A DNA stretch of 64,000 nucleotides from an uncultured Bacteroidota bacterium (GTDB lineage Bacteria; CLD3; SB21): NCBI GenBank assembly GCA_964415295.1, contig CAYPYN010000002.1, positions 324,595-388,594 on the forward strand, given 5' to 3'. Below are positions 37,013 through 45,336 of this stretch, one piece after another. Positions within the stretch are counted from its first letter, which is position 1; each line of letters opens with the position of its first letter. The translations under genes were made by a program, and so were the position numbers. The notes under the pieces are model-generated. The model was not told where the DNA came from and made no database searches. It was given only the letters and a program-made list of their open reading frames with translations.

Positions 37013-37600
37013 ATGGAAACAACCATTAAGAAAATCGTATCGGAATCCATTTCAGCAAAGAACAAGCTTCTTGAAAACAAGGAACTGATTCGAACCATCG
37101 GCGTGGTGGTCAATCAAATAACAGACGCTTACCGAAATAACCGAAAAGTACTTTTCTGCGGCAATGGCGGCAGCGCTGCGGATGCTCAACACATCGCCGC
37201 CGAATTATCCGGAAGGTTTTATCTCAACCGGAAACCGCTTTATGCCGAAGCACTGCATACCAATTCGTCTCATGTAACGGCCGTGGCCAATGACTTCGGA
37301 TACCACGAAGTATTTTCAAGACTGATAGAAGCCATGGCCAATAAAAACGACATTTTGGTCGCCATTTCAACTTCGGGAAATTCTCCCAATATTTTAAAAG
37401 CCATCGAGGCGGGCCGGAAAGCCGGCATGATTACAGTCGGCCTGACCGGAGAAAATGGCGGCAAAATGAGGAACTTGTGCGATCATCTACTCAACGTACC
37501 GTCCAACGATACACCGCGTATCCAGGAGTGTCATATCCTGATTGGACACATTATTTGTGAACTTGTCGAAAAGGCGCTTTTTGAACCGGATCGACCTTGA
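37013..37600 (+). CDS. gmhA: SIS-domain D-sedoheptulose-7-phosphate isomerase
   Basis: 195 aa. FCGNGGSAADAQHIAAEL and ISTSGNSPNILKA are hallmark GmhA motifs. Confidence 0.85.
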   Translation: METTIKKIVSESISAKNKLLENKELIRTIGVVVNQITDAYRNNRKVLFCGNGGSAADAQHIAAELSGRFYLNRKPLYAEALHTNSSHVTAVANDFGYHEVFSRLIEAMANKNDILVAISTSGNSPNILKAIEAGRKAGMITVGLTGENGGKMRNLCDHLLNVPSNDTPRIQECHILIGHIICELVEKALFEPDRP

Positions 37601-38847
37601 TTGGAGTTTTTATGAAAGTCATCATTGATGCCCGTTCGCGCATGTCATTTGAGAAAGTCTACAGCATCCCGTTGTTTGAACGCATACTTAGACAACTCAA
37701 TGAACTCAAAGCCGACGTGGAAGCTATCATACTTCTTCCGCCGGACTGCAATCCTGATCATGCACTCACAGGAGGTTTTTCAAAAAGATATAAGATCAGG
37801 AAGAAGTTCATTACCACAGTTGATCCATTGCAAAAAGTGATCTCGGCCGAATCAGCCGGCGACGGTGACATGATCCTTCTGGAAGGGGACGGAATATATG
37901 ACGAAAGGATCATTTCGGCACTTATTTCCAGTCCTAAATCTATCCTGATTTGCGATGGTTCAAGTCCTTTGCCTTTGGCGGCCAGACTATCTCATGACCA
38001 TATTGGGATCCTACTGTCGTCCCAAAGAGGTGTCATGGAGTCCATCAATAATCTGGTGGAAAGCGGTTCGGTTCATCGATTTGAGATTCGTTCGATGAAC
38101 AATTATGTGCGATTTCTCCGCCGCAATGTCATACCGTTAATCACGAGAATTGTATCGAAAGATCAGATTCCTGAGATTGAAAATACGATGTACGCCAATA
38201 CATTCAAAGGAACGTTGGAGCTGGTGGCCGTTTACGGATACCGAATTCCTGTAAGAGAACTCACCAAATTATTCGCCCGAACACCAATCACTCCAAATCA
38301 TGTCACAGCGGCCGCATTGATTTGCTCTTTTGGCGCCATACCCTTCTTGGCTTTAGGTTGGCTCTGGACGGGTATTTTGATGGCCGCCGGTTTCATTATC
38401 TTTGATTCGCTTGACGGAAAATTGGCCCGGATGACCATCCGACTTAGCAAGGCCGCCGATCGCTTTGATCATTTGACGAGCACACCGACGCGATCGGCCT
38501 GGTATCTAGCTATGGGCTGGCATCTATCGAACGGAAATCTCCTAGACGGAACGGGGCTTTTTGCACTCGTCTACGCCGCCATGCCTTATGTGGATAAGCT
38601 GACCGGAGTTGCTTTTAATGCAAGATTCGGCCGGTCTCCGTTGGATTACACTCCGCTGGATGCGAAGGTCCATCTTTTTACAGTACGAAGAAATGATATC
38701 TTTTTGATGATTCTCGGGCTGAGTTTCGGATTTATTGAAACGGCCTATCGCATCGCGGCCATCTGGGCCTTGTTGACATGGCTTTGGCATCTGTATCGGT
38801 TCATCTGGTTCAACCTCTTCCCTCTCAAGAAGGAAGCCCAGTCATGA
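37597..38847 (+). CDS. Fusion protein: degenerate cytidylyltransferase-like N-domain + CDP-alcohol phosphotransferase-like membrane domain (paralog 1, non-canonical motif)
   Basis: 416 aa. The N-domain has KVIIDARSRMSFEKV in place of the GxGxRL loop but keeps ILLEGDGIYDERII (compare LVINGDNVFD in the 34091 protein). The C-domain has DGKLARMTIRLSKAADRFDHLTS, a CDP-alcohol phosphotransferase motif with G replaced by A and the last D replaced by S. It overlaps the gmhA stop by 4 bp. Confidence 0.7.
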   Translation: MIGVFMKVIIDARSRMSFEKVYSIPLFERILRQLNELKADVEAIILLPPDCNPDHALTGGFSKRYKIRKKFITTVDPLQKVISAESAGDGDMILLEGDGIYDERIISALISSPKSILICDGSSPLPLAARLSHDHIGILLSSQRGVMESINNLVESGSVHRFEIRSMNNYVRFLRRNVIPLITRIVSKDQIPEIENTMYANTFKGTLELVAVYGYRIPVRELTKLFARTPITPNHVTAAALICSFGAIPFLALGWLWTGILMAAGFIIFDSLDGKLARMTIRLSKAADRFDHLTSTPTRSAWYLAMGWHLSNGNLLDGTGLFALVYAAMPYVDKLTGVAFNARFGRSPLDYTPLDAKVHLFTVRRNDIFLMILGLSFGFIETAYRIAAIWALLTWLWHLYRFIWFNLFPLKKEAQS

Positions 38848-40019
38848 AAGTAATGATCCTGGCCATGAAATTCCTTCCTGCAAGCGGAGGAAGCGCCTCG
38901 TATGCATACAATATGGCGATCGGTCTGCATAGACTTGGACATGATATTACACTGATGGCGCCGACTTACTCGCACAGAACCATGGAAGATCATGTGTTTC
39001 CTTTCAAAGTCAGGCGATTATTTTGGTCGGGTCCCCATTTCGGAATGTTCAGGCTCTTGTTTGCGGCACTCCATATTATGGCTGTTTACATCCGGATCAA
39101 ACCGGACGTTGTTTGGACCACAAGCTTTGCAGGTTGCCGTGTTCTCGGGCTTCTGACCTTCTTAAGTGCCCGCTTTGTCGGAACGATACACGGCGGGGGT
39201 ATTCACCGGCGCTATCCCTCAAAAAAAATTTCCAACAAATTCGGTGATTACCTCGGAATGAGGTTCATGAAACGGGCGGATGCTATCGTTACCATCAGCG
39301 AAGAATCCAAAAAGATAATAAAGACCAAATTGCCTTTCGAGTTCATACATCGGAAGCTCCGTCTTATTTACAACAGTATAGACTTTGATAAGACGAAATT
39401 CCGATCCAGAGAAGACGCTCTGCAACTTCTGTCTGGTCTGAAAGACAAAAAGGTAATCCTCACGGTGGCGAGACTGGTGGCCGCAAAGGGTCAAGACGTT
39501 GTCATTCGCGCTATGTCTTTACTGGCCGATCGTCATCCGGATGCCGTCTATGTCATCGTAGGTGAAGGAGTGGAGAGACCGGCTCTGGAGGCTCTTGTCA
39601 AAGAGCTACGTTTGGAGGACCGTGTCCTATTCGCGGGATATGTCACCGACGAACAGCTTGAAATGTATTACGCCGTATGCGATCTGTTTGTGATGGCCGG
39701 GCGATGGACCCCTAATTTTGTGGAGGGTTTCGGCCTCGTATATCTCGAAGCAGGCATTCGAGGCAAAGTGGTCATTGGAACAAGAGTCGGAGGAATTCCA
39801 GAAGCCATTGTCGAAGGGCAGACGGGTTTTGTAATCGAGCCGGAAAACCCCGAATTGCTTTCGCAAAAGATCGCCGAAGTACTCTCCGACGAGAAACTCC
39901 GGTCAGAAATGGGAATTTTCGCCGCCCAATACATCGACCGTCACTACAGTAACGATGTCATGGCCGGCCACAACAACGATCTTCTCAAAGCACTGAAGGG
40001 ATCGCAACAGAAAGTATGA
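38845..40019 (+). CDS. Glycosyltransferase family 4
   Basis: The start MKVMILAMKF overlaps the upstream stop. It has a GT4 signature and an EX7E-like motif (VEGFGLVYLEAGIRGKVVIGTRVGGIPE). Confidence 0.8.
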
Positions 40020-41332
40020 ATAGTCTCGTAAAACAATCCTTACGTATTCTGTTTGGAAAATCGAGCATTTCCGGCATCGGTGTGTTGTTCACCATATATT
40101 TTGCCTACGAACTGCCAAAGAATTTATTCGCACTGATCGCCCTTTACAGTACGGCCGCCAGTTTTACTCAGGTCATGATCGACCTTGGCCTGTCGGCAAA
40201 AATGGTCCGCGAAGCGCCGTCCCTTCTGAAAGACCAATCGACCCTTAAGGACGCCGTAGATCGCGTAATCATGCCCAGCGTGGTTCTTCGCTGGATGGCG
40301 GCCGGTATCGTTTGTTTGATCATGTTCGGTTTTCTCCAATGGATGCAGGTACCTTTGTCCGACGAATTCCCGGATCTCAATATTCAGTTCATGATCCTGA
40401 TCGCTCCCGTGAGCATGATGTTTGAGAATGGCAATTCCACGCTCTCTTCCATTTTTCAGGTCAATCGCCGATTTGGTACGGATGCGATGCTGGCTTCTCT
40501 GGCGACCTTGCTTGAAATGGTTTTTGCCTTTATACTCTATCTTAATTTTGGCATGAGTCAGTATTTTACAGGCGTTCTGGCGGCACAAGCTTCCATTTTT
40601 CTTGTCAGGCTGTATCTTTGCCGGGAAACGATCCGACTCTTCAATTCGGCGGGATTGCCTTGGAAAAAGTACAGGGGTATTGTAAGAGAATATTGGCCCT
40701 ATTACTTAAGGCGCTTTTTCCGTTTCGGGCTTCTGCAGGGAGAACAGCTGTTGGTAGCGATACTCCTTCCGCTTGCACAGCTGGCCGATTTTAATCTGGC
40801 AAAAAAATTGTCAAAGTATATGAAATTCTATATTGAGGCCTTTACGAACCCGCTCATCATGAAGCTCTCCAAGAATCGAGACATCGAACTTAGGCGCAGG
40901 CACGCACGTCAATTCCTGCTTTTTACGGTACCCCCGCCGATCATACTTTGCCTGTTGAGCCCGTGGATCATGCAGATCGCCGGAGGGGAAAAATATGCCG
41001 GGAGTTGGTTCATCCTCGCCATACTTTATGCTTCCTATGTATTCTATGCTTTTTCCAATCTCCAGATATCCGCAATAACTATATTCGGAAAAGGTACTGA
41101 TGTCCTGATGAGAGATGCGATAGGCAGTGTGGTCGGTTTGTGTGCCACGTTTGTTTTGATTCTGCTGTTCGGGCAATACGGATTGGCATGGGGCCAGCTT
41201 CTCGCTTATTTCACACTTTTCATAACCGGATACCAGTTGTCAAAGAAGTACATTGACTCTGATACGTCTGTTGATAAAGAGAAAAATAAAAACAAAACTC
41301 CGGAACCATCGGCACTGACGATTCCGGACTGA
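40016..41332 (+). CDS. Wzx-like oligosaccharide/lipid flippase (MOP superfamily)
   Basis: 438 aa with about 12 predicted TM helices. It overlaps the upstream stop by 4 bp. Confidence 0.7.
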   Translation: MNSLVKQSLRILFGKSSISGIGVLFTIYFAYELPKNLFALIALYSTAASFTQVMIDLGLSAKMVREAPSLLKDQSTLKDAVDRVIMPSVVLRWMAAGIVCLIMFGFLQWMQVPLSDEFPDLNIQFMILIAPVSMMFENGNSTLSSIFQVNRRFGTDAMLASLATLLEMVFAFILYLNFGMSQYFTGVLAAQASIFLVRLYLCRETIRLFNSAGLPWKKYRGIVREYWPYYLRRFFRFGLLQGEQLLVAILLPLAQLADFNLAKKLSKYMKFYIEAFTNPLIMKLSKNRDIELRRRHARQFLLFTVPPPIILCLLSPWIMQIAGGEKYAGSWFILAILYASYVFYAFSNLQISAITIFGKGTDVLMRDAIGSVVGLCATFVLILLFGQYGLAWGQLLAYFTLFITGYQLSKKYIDSDTSVDKEKNKNKTPEPSALTIPD

Positions 41333-41362
41333 TTCTGGCAAAACCCAATTTGCGGAGTAATT

Positions 41363-42010
41363 ATGAAGTTGCTAAACCTCGCCAATACCATCACCATGGT
41401 TCGTATCATCATCCTGTACATCACTGTTTACCTGATATACAATGGGGAAATAGTATTCCTGTTTATGGCAATCGGGCTGTCCATAGTCATAATCGGCTTA
41501 GATTGGCTGGATGGTTTTGTGGCCCGCCGTCGTAATGAGGTGACGCAATTCGGCGGTGTTTTGGATATCACCGGCGACCGTATTGTCGAAAATGTGTTCT
41601 GGATCGTCTTTGCCGACCTCGACATCATTCCGATGTGGATACCCATTATCGTTATGTCCCGCGGTTTCATGACTGATGCGATCCGCAGCCAGGCTTTGAC
41701 CGAAGGTAAAACCGCCTTTGGAGAGAATACCATGATGACCAGTGATATCGGGAAATTTCTTGTATCCGGCCGGTTCATGCGCGGACTATACGGCATTATC
41801 AAAGGCGTGACATTCCCATACCTGATCCTGGTACTGATCGCGCAGGAGCGTCATTTGAGGGATGCCAATCTTCAGGACTATCTGTGGGTCTCTACTTACA
41901 CGAAGAACGGCGGCGTCGCTTTGGCCATTACTACAACGGTTGTGAGCCTATTAAGAGGAATCCCTGTTCTGACCGAGGGACGTAAACTCTTTGTTAAGGA
42001 TGAAAAGTGA
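41363..42010 (+). CDS. CDP-alcohol phosphatidyltransferase (PgsA/PIP-synthase-like), canonical motif
   Basis: 215 aa. DGFVARRRNEVTQFGGVLDITGD fits D-G-x2-A-R-x8-G-x3-D-x3-D exactly. Multiple TM helices. Confidence 0.85.
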   Translation: MKLLNLANTITMVRIIILYITVYLIYNGEIVFLFMAIGLSIVIIGLDWLDGFVARRRNEVTQFGGVLDITGDRIVENVFWIVFADLDIIPMWIPIIVMSRGFMTDAIRSQALTEGKTAFGENTMMTSDIGKFLVSGRFMRGLYGIIKGVTFPYLILVLIAQERHLRDANLQDYLWVSTYTKNGGVALAITTTVVSLLRGIPVLTEGRKLFVKDEK

Positions 42011-42648
42011 AACTGGCTATTTTCGATATCGACGGAACCATTACTAATAAATCATCGGAACGATTTTTCATCAAGTATCTGTTGGAACGGAAGATCATCG
42101 GCTACGGCCATTTGGTGAAGACATTTTTTCTATTCGTAATGAAGCACCCTTTGCAGGCACGGACGGGTTTTAAACAGAATAAGATGTATCTGAGAGATCT
42201 AAGTGATAAAGCCCTGCGACTGGCTGCGGCCGAGTGTTTCAAAAGGAGCATCAAGCCCAATATTAAACAAACCATATTGGATGAAATAAATGAACGGAAG
42301 TCCCGAGGATACAAGATACTCCTACTAAGTGGGTCGCTTCCCTGTCTTGTGGAACCGATGCTAGATCATACCGGCGCCGATCATATGATCTGTTCCGATG
42401 TAGAAATTTCCAACGGTCTTTTCACTGGACATATGACAGATCTGCATCCATACGGACCAAGAAAAAGGATACTCGCAGAAAGATTTTGTCAGAGAAACGG
42501 CTACCGCATGGACCAATCGTGCGCCTATGCCAACGAATGGGCCGACCGGTTTCTTTTGGAATCAGTCGGAGAAGCAGTTGCTGTCGATCCGGATGAGAAG
42601 CTCAGGAAATTGGCTGACTCCAAGAAGTGGAAAATGATTAAAAGTTAA
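42007..42648 (+). CDS. HAD-superfamily hydrolase, subfamily IB (phosphoserine-phosphatase-like)
   Basis: 213 aa with motif I LAIFDIDGTIT, then S/T, K and DD motifs. It overlaps the upstream stop by 4 bp. Confidence 0.75.
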   Translation: MKLAIFDIDGTITNKSSERFFIKYLLERKIIGYGHLVKTFFLFVMKHPLQARTGFKQNKMYLRDLSDKALRLAAAECFKRSIKPNIKQTILDEINERKSRGYKILLLSGSLPCLVEPMLDHTGADHMICSDVEISNGLFTGHMTDLHPYGPRKRILAERFCQRNGYRMDQSCAYANEWADRFLLESVGEAVAVDPDEKLRKLADSKKWKMIKS

Positions 42649-42649
42649 T

Positions 42650-44092
42650 ATGGCTAAAACATTTAAACTCAAGCAGGCCGCGTGGTTTAAGGATGAAGAG
42701 AGGGAATTTACAGTTCCCGATTCCTTCACTGTTGACTTGATCACTCCGAAGGATGCCCCCTCTTTGACACCCGACGAGATACTCGGCTCAATTCAAAAAC
42801 CTTTCGGTCCATCATTAAGAGAAATGGCCATTGGAAAAAAGAAGGTTGTCGTTGTAACCGACGATCTCGGAAGACCCACACCTGCTTACCTGTTGATTCC
42901 AATTTTAATCGAAGAGTTGGAGACGGCCGGTATACTGAAAGAAAATATTTCCTTCGTTATCGCGACCGGTTCCCACCGTCAGTTGTCTTGCAGTGAGATT
43001 GAAAAAAAAATCGGCAAGACCATAGCCGATTCCTATCCCGTTCATTGTCACGATGCCTTCAATTCCCCCATGGTTCATCTTGGCCGTTTGGATAATGGAT
43101 TCCCCTGTATAGCCAATAGACAAGTTGCCGAAGCCGATCTGATTCTTGGGATAGGGTGCGTGATCCCGCACGCTTGCCATGGTTTTGGAGGCGGCGCTAA
43201 GCTTTTCTGTCCCGGTATTGCCGGCATGGAAAGCATTGTTACCATGCACGGTTTTGTACCAAAACGCGGCCGCGTGATAACCGATCCTCCTCCTGGTGTG
43301 TGGGATATGCGTTCGGCATCCGAGGCCTTTGCCCGGCTATTGCCGCCGATCTTCCTGGTAAACGCCGTTGTCAATTCGCAAAGAGAAATTGCCGGATTAT
43401 TTGCCGGAGAGACCGATCCGGTTTTTCGGGCGGCTCAAGAACGGGCGTTGGAAATTTATAAAACGGAAATCGACCCTGAAAAGGCCGCCTCGTACGACGT
43501 CATCTTGGTCAACATGTATCCTCTGGATTCAGATCCGGTCCAGTCGGGAAAAAGCCCGTGGATCCGTCAGTACTTCAAGCATGCTTTACCTATTCAGATC
43601 AACAGTTCTGCGGACGGTATCGACTACCACGGCTGGAAATTATTGAGAAAGAGCCGCTGGTCAACTTTCTTAATACTATTAACCGGAGAAGCCTTGAGCC
43701 TTAAATTCATGCCCGTTTTCCTAAGACGGCCGGCTTCGTGGAAAATCATTAAAACCCTGAGGTCCTATTGCCTTAAACGAATGTTGGATCACCCGGGTGT
43801 CGATTATGACACATTCATCAAAAACCAACATACGCTGACTCAACGTACGGAAGATTATACAGATGATTCTAAGATCCCAAGTCTATTTCGCAAACCCTGG
43901 ATATTCTCTGAGAATTATCCTCCGTTACAATTCAAGAAGAAATATCCATTCGGGTCATTGCTGAGAAATTGGGATCACGTAATTCAGTCCATACAGAGCC
44001 ATTTTCCCAAGCCAAAAATTGCCGTCGTAACATGCGCCGCGATGCAGATTCCCGTTTATAGCAACTCACAAAACGAACCAAATGCTTTATGA
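42650..44092 (+). CDS. LarA-like (lactate racemase N-terminal domain / DUF2088) protein
   Basis: 480 aa. The N-terminal region VVVVTDDLGRPTP...IATGSHR resembles the nickel-pincer racemase/epimerase family. The C-terminal half is divergent. Confidence 0.6.
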   Translation: MAKTFKLKQAAWFKDEEREFTVPDSFTVDLITPKDAPSLTPDEILGSIQKPFGPSLREMAIGKKKVVVVTDDLGRPTPAYLLIPILIEELETAGILKENISFVIATGSHRQLSCSEIEKKIGKTIADSYPVHCHDAFNSPMVHLGRLDNGFPCIANRQVAEADLILGIGCVIPHACHGFGGGAKLFCPGIAGMESIVTMHGFVPKRGRVITDPPPGVWDMRSASEAFARLLPPIFLVNAVVNSQREIAGLFAGETDPVFRAAQERALEIYKTEIDPEKAASYDVILVNMYPLDSDPVQSGKSPWIRQYFKHALPIQINSSADGIDYHGWKLLRKSRWSTFLILLTGEALSLKFMPVFLRRPASWKIIKTLRSYCLKRMLDHPGVDYDTFIKNQHTLTQRTEDYTDDSKIPSLFRKPWIFSENYPPLQFKKKYPFGSLLRNWDHVIQSIQSHFPKPKIAVVTCAAMQIPVYSNSQNEPNAL

Positions 44093-45315
44093 CCATCCTT
44101 ATTGATGCCAGATCGAAATACGCTTCGGAAAGACTATTCAACTTATCCTTAACCGAGAGAATTCTGAGGCAATTGCATGTATTGGAAGCCAGAAACGTAT
44201 GCGTAATAATTTCTGAAGGCATGCGTCCTGACAATTTTGTTAAGACCGGATTTGAAAAACGTTTTCCTCTAGCGTTGCGCTGGATCTGCACAAACGAACC
44301 ACTGGCTAGAATTGCCGGCGAAACCGCAGATAAGAGCGACTACCTCATTCTCGAAGGAGACGGCATTTACGACGATCGTATTTTAAAAGAACTGTTGGAA
44401 TCGAAATCTTCGTTATGGGTAAGAAATGAGAAGAACCCGGAAGCGCCTCTAGCCCTCGCTCTCCGCGGATCCGACGTAAGGCATTTCACGGAATCCGGCA
44501 AATCACCAAAGGAATTCTTGGCAACCTTCTCCATTCCAACACTTGGCACGCACTCCATGCAGGCCTATATCCGCTTTTTGCGGAAACATATTGAACCCGT
44601 TTTGATTCGCTTGACGGATCCAAAGGATATTCGATCGATCGAAAACGATCTTTACGAAAAAACCTTTAAAGGCGGAATGGAAATCGTGGCGATCTACGGT
44701 TACCGGATCCCCGTTCGCGAACTCACTCGTTTTTTTGCCAAGACACCGATTACGCCCAATATGGTGACCGGCGTAGCTACCCTTTGTAAACTGGGAGCTA
44801 TACCGTTCTTTTTCTACGGTCATCTCTTGACGGGTCTGCTGTTGGCTTTTTCTTTTATTATCCTTGATTCACTGGATGGAAAACTGGCCCGCATGACCTT
44901 CCGATTCAGCGATACGGCCGATAAAGTTGATCATATGACAAGCATGCCGGCGCGGGTTGGGTGGAACTTCGGCATGTGCTGGCATTTTTCCGGCGGAGAC
45001 CTTACCAGCATACCCGGGATCGCCGGATTGATCGTAACGGTCCTGCCTTTTCTGGACGACATCAACTGGACCATTATCAAGCACAAATTCCATCGTTCTC
45101 TTTTCGATCTTACCCCTTTTGATGCAACCGTGCACCTGTTCAATGTCAAACGCAATGATACAGCCGTTATGATCATCGGCACCTTGGCCGGATTTCCTTT
45201 ACAGGCTTTTTATTTCATAACTTTTTGGACCATGGTCGTTTGGATCTGGCACACGGTACGAACCGCCTATGTGATCCTGGTTCTTAGTAAACAACATCCG
45301 GAAATGCTGCAATAA
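44089..45315 (+). CDS. Fusion protein: degenerate cytidylyltransferase-like N-domain + CDP-alcohol phosphotransferase-like domain (paralog 2, non-canonical motif)
   Basis: 408 aa, a paralog of the 37597 gene. The N-domain has MTILIDARSKY and ILEGDGIYDDRIL. The C-domain has DGKLARMTFRFSDTADKVDHMTS, with the same G-to-A and D-to-S substitutions. Confidence 0.7.
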   Translation: MTILIDARSKYASERLFNLSLTERILRQLHVLEARNVCVIISEGMRPDNFVKTGFEKRFPLALRWICTNEPLARIAGETADKSDYLILEGDGIYDDRILKELLESKSSLWVRNEKNPEAPLALALRGSDVRHFTESGKSPKEFLATFSIPTLGTHSMQAYIRFLRKHIEPVLIRLTDPKDIRSIENDLYEKTFKGGMEIVAIYGYRIPVRELTRFFAKTPITPNMVTGVATLCKLGAIPFFFYGHLLTGLLLAFSFIILDSLDGKLARMTFRFSDTADKVDHMTSMPARVGWNFGMCWHFSGGDLTSIPGIAGLIVTVLPFLDDINWTIIKHKFHRSLFDLTPFDATVHLFNVKRNDTAVMIIGTLAGFPLQAFYFITFWTMVVWIWHTVRTAYVILVLSKQHPEMLQ

Positions 45316-45336
45316 AACCGATAAGGCGATTAATCC

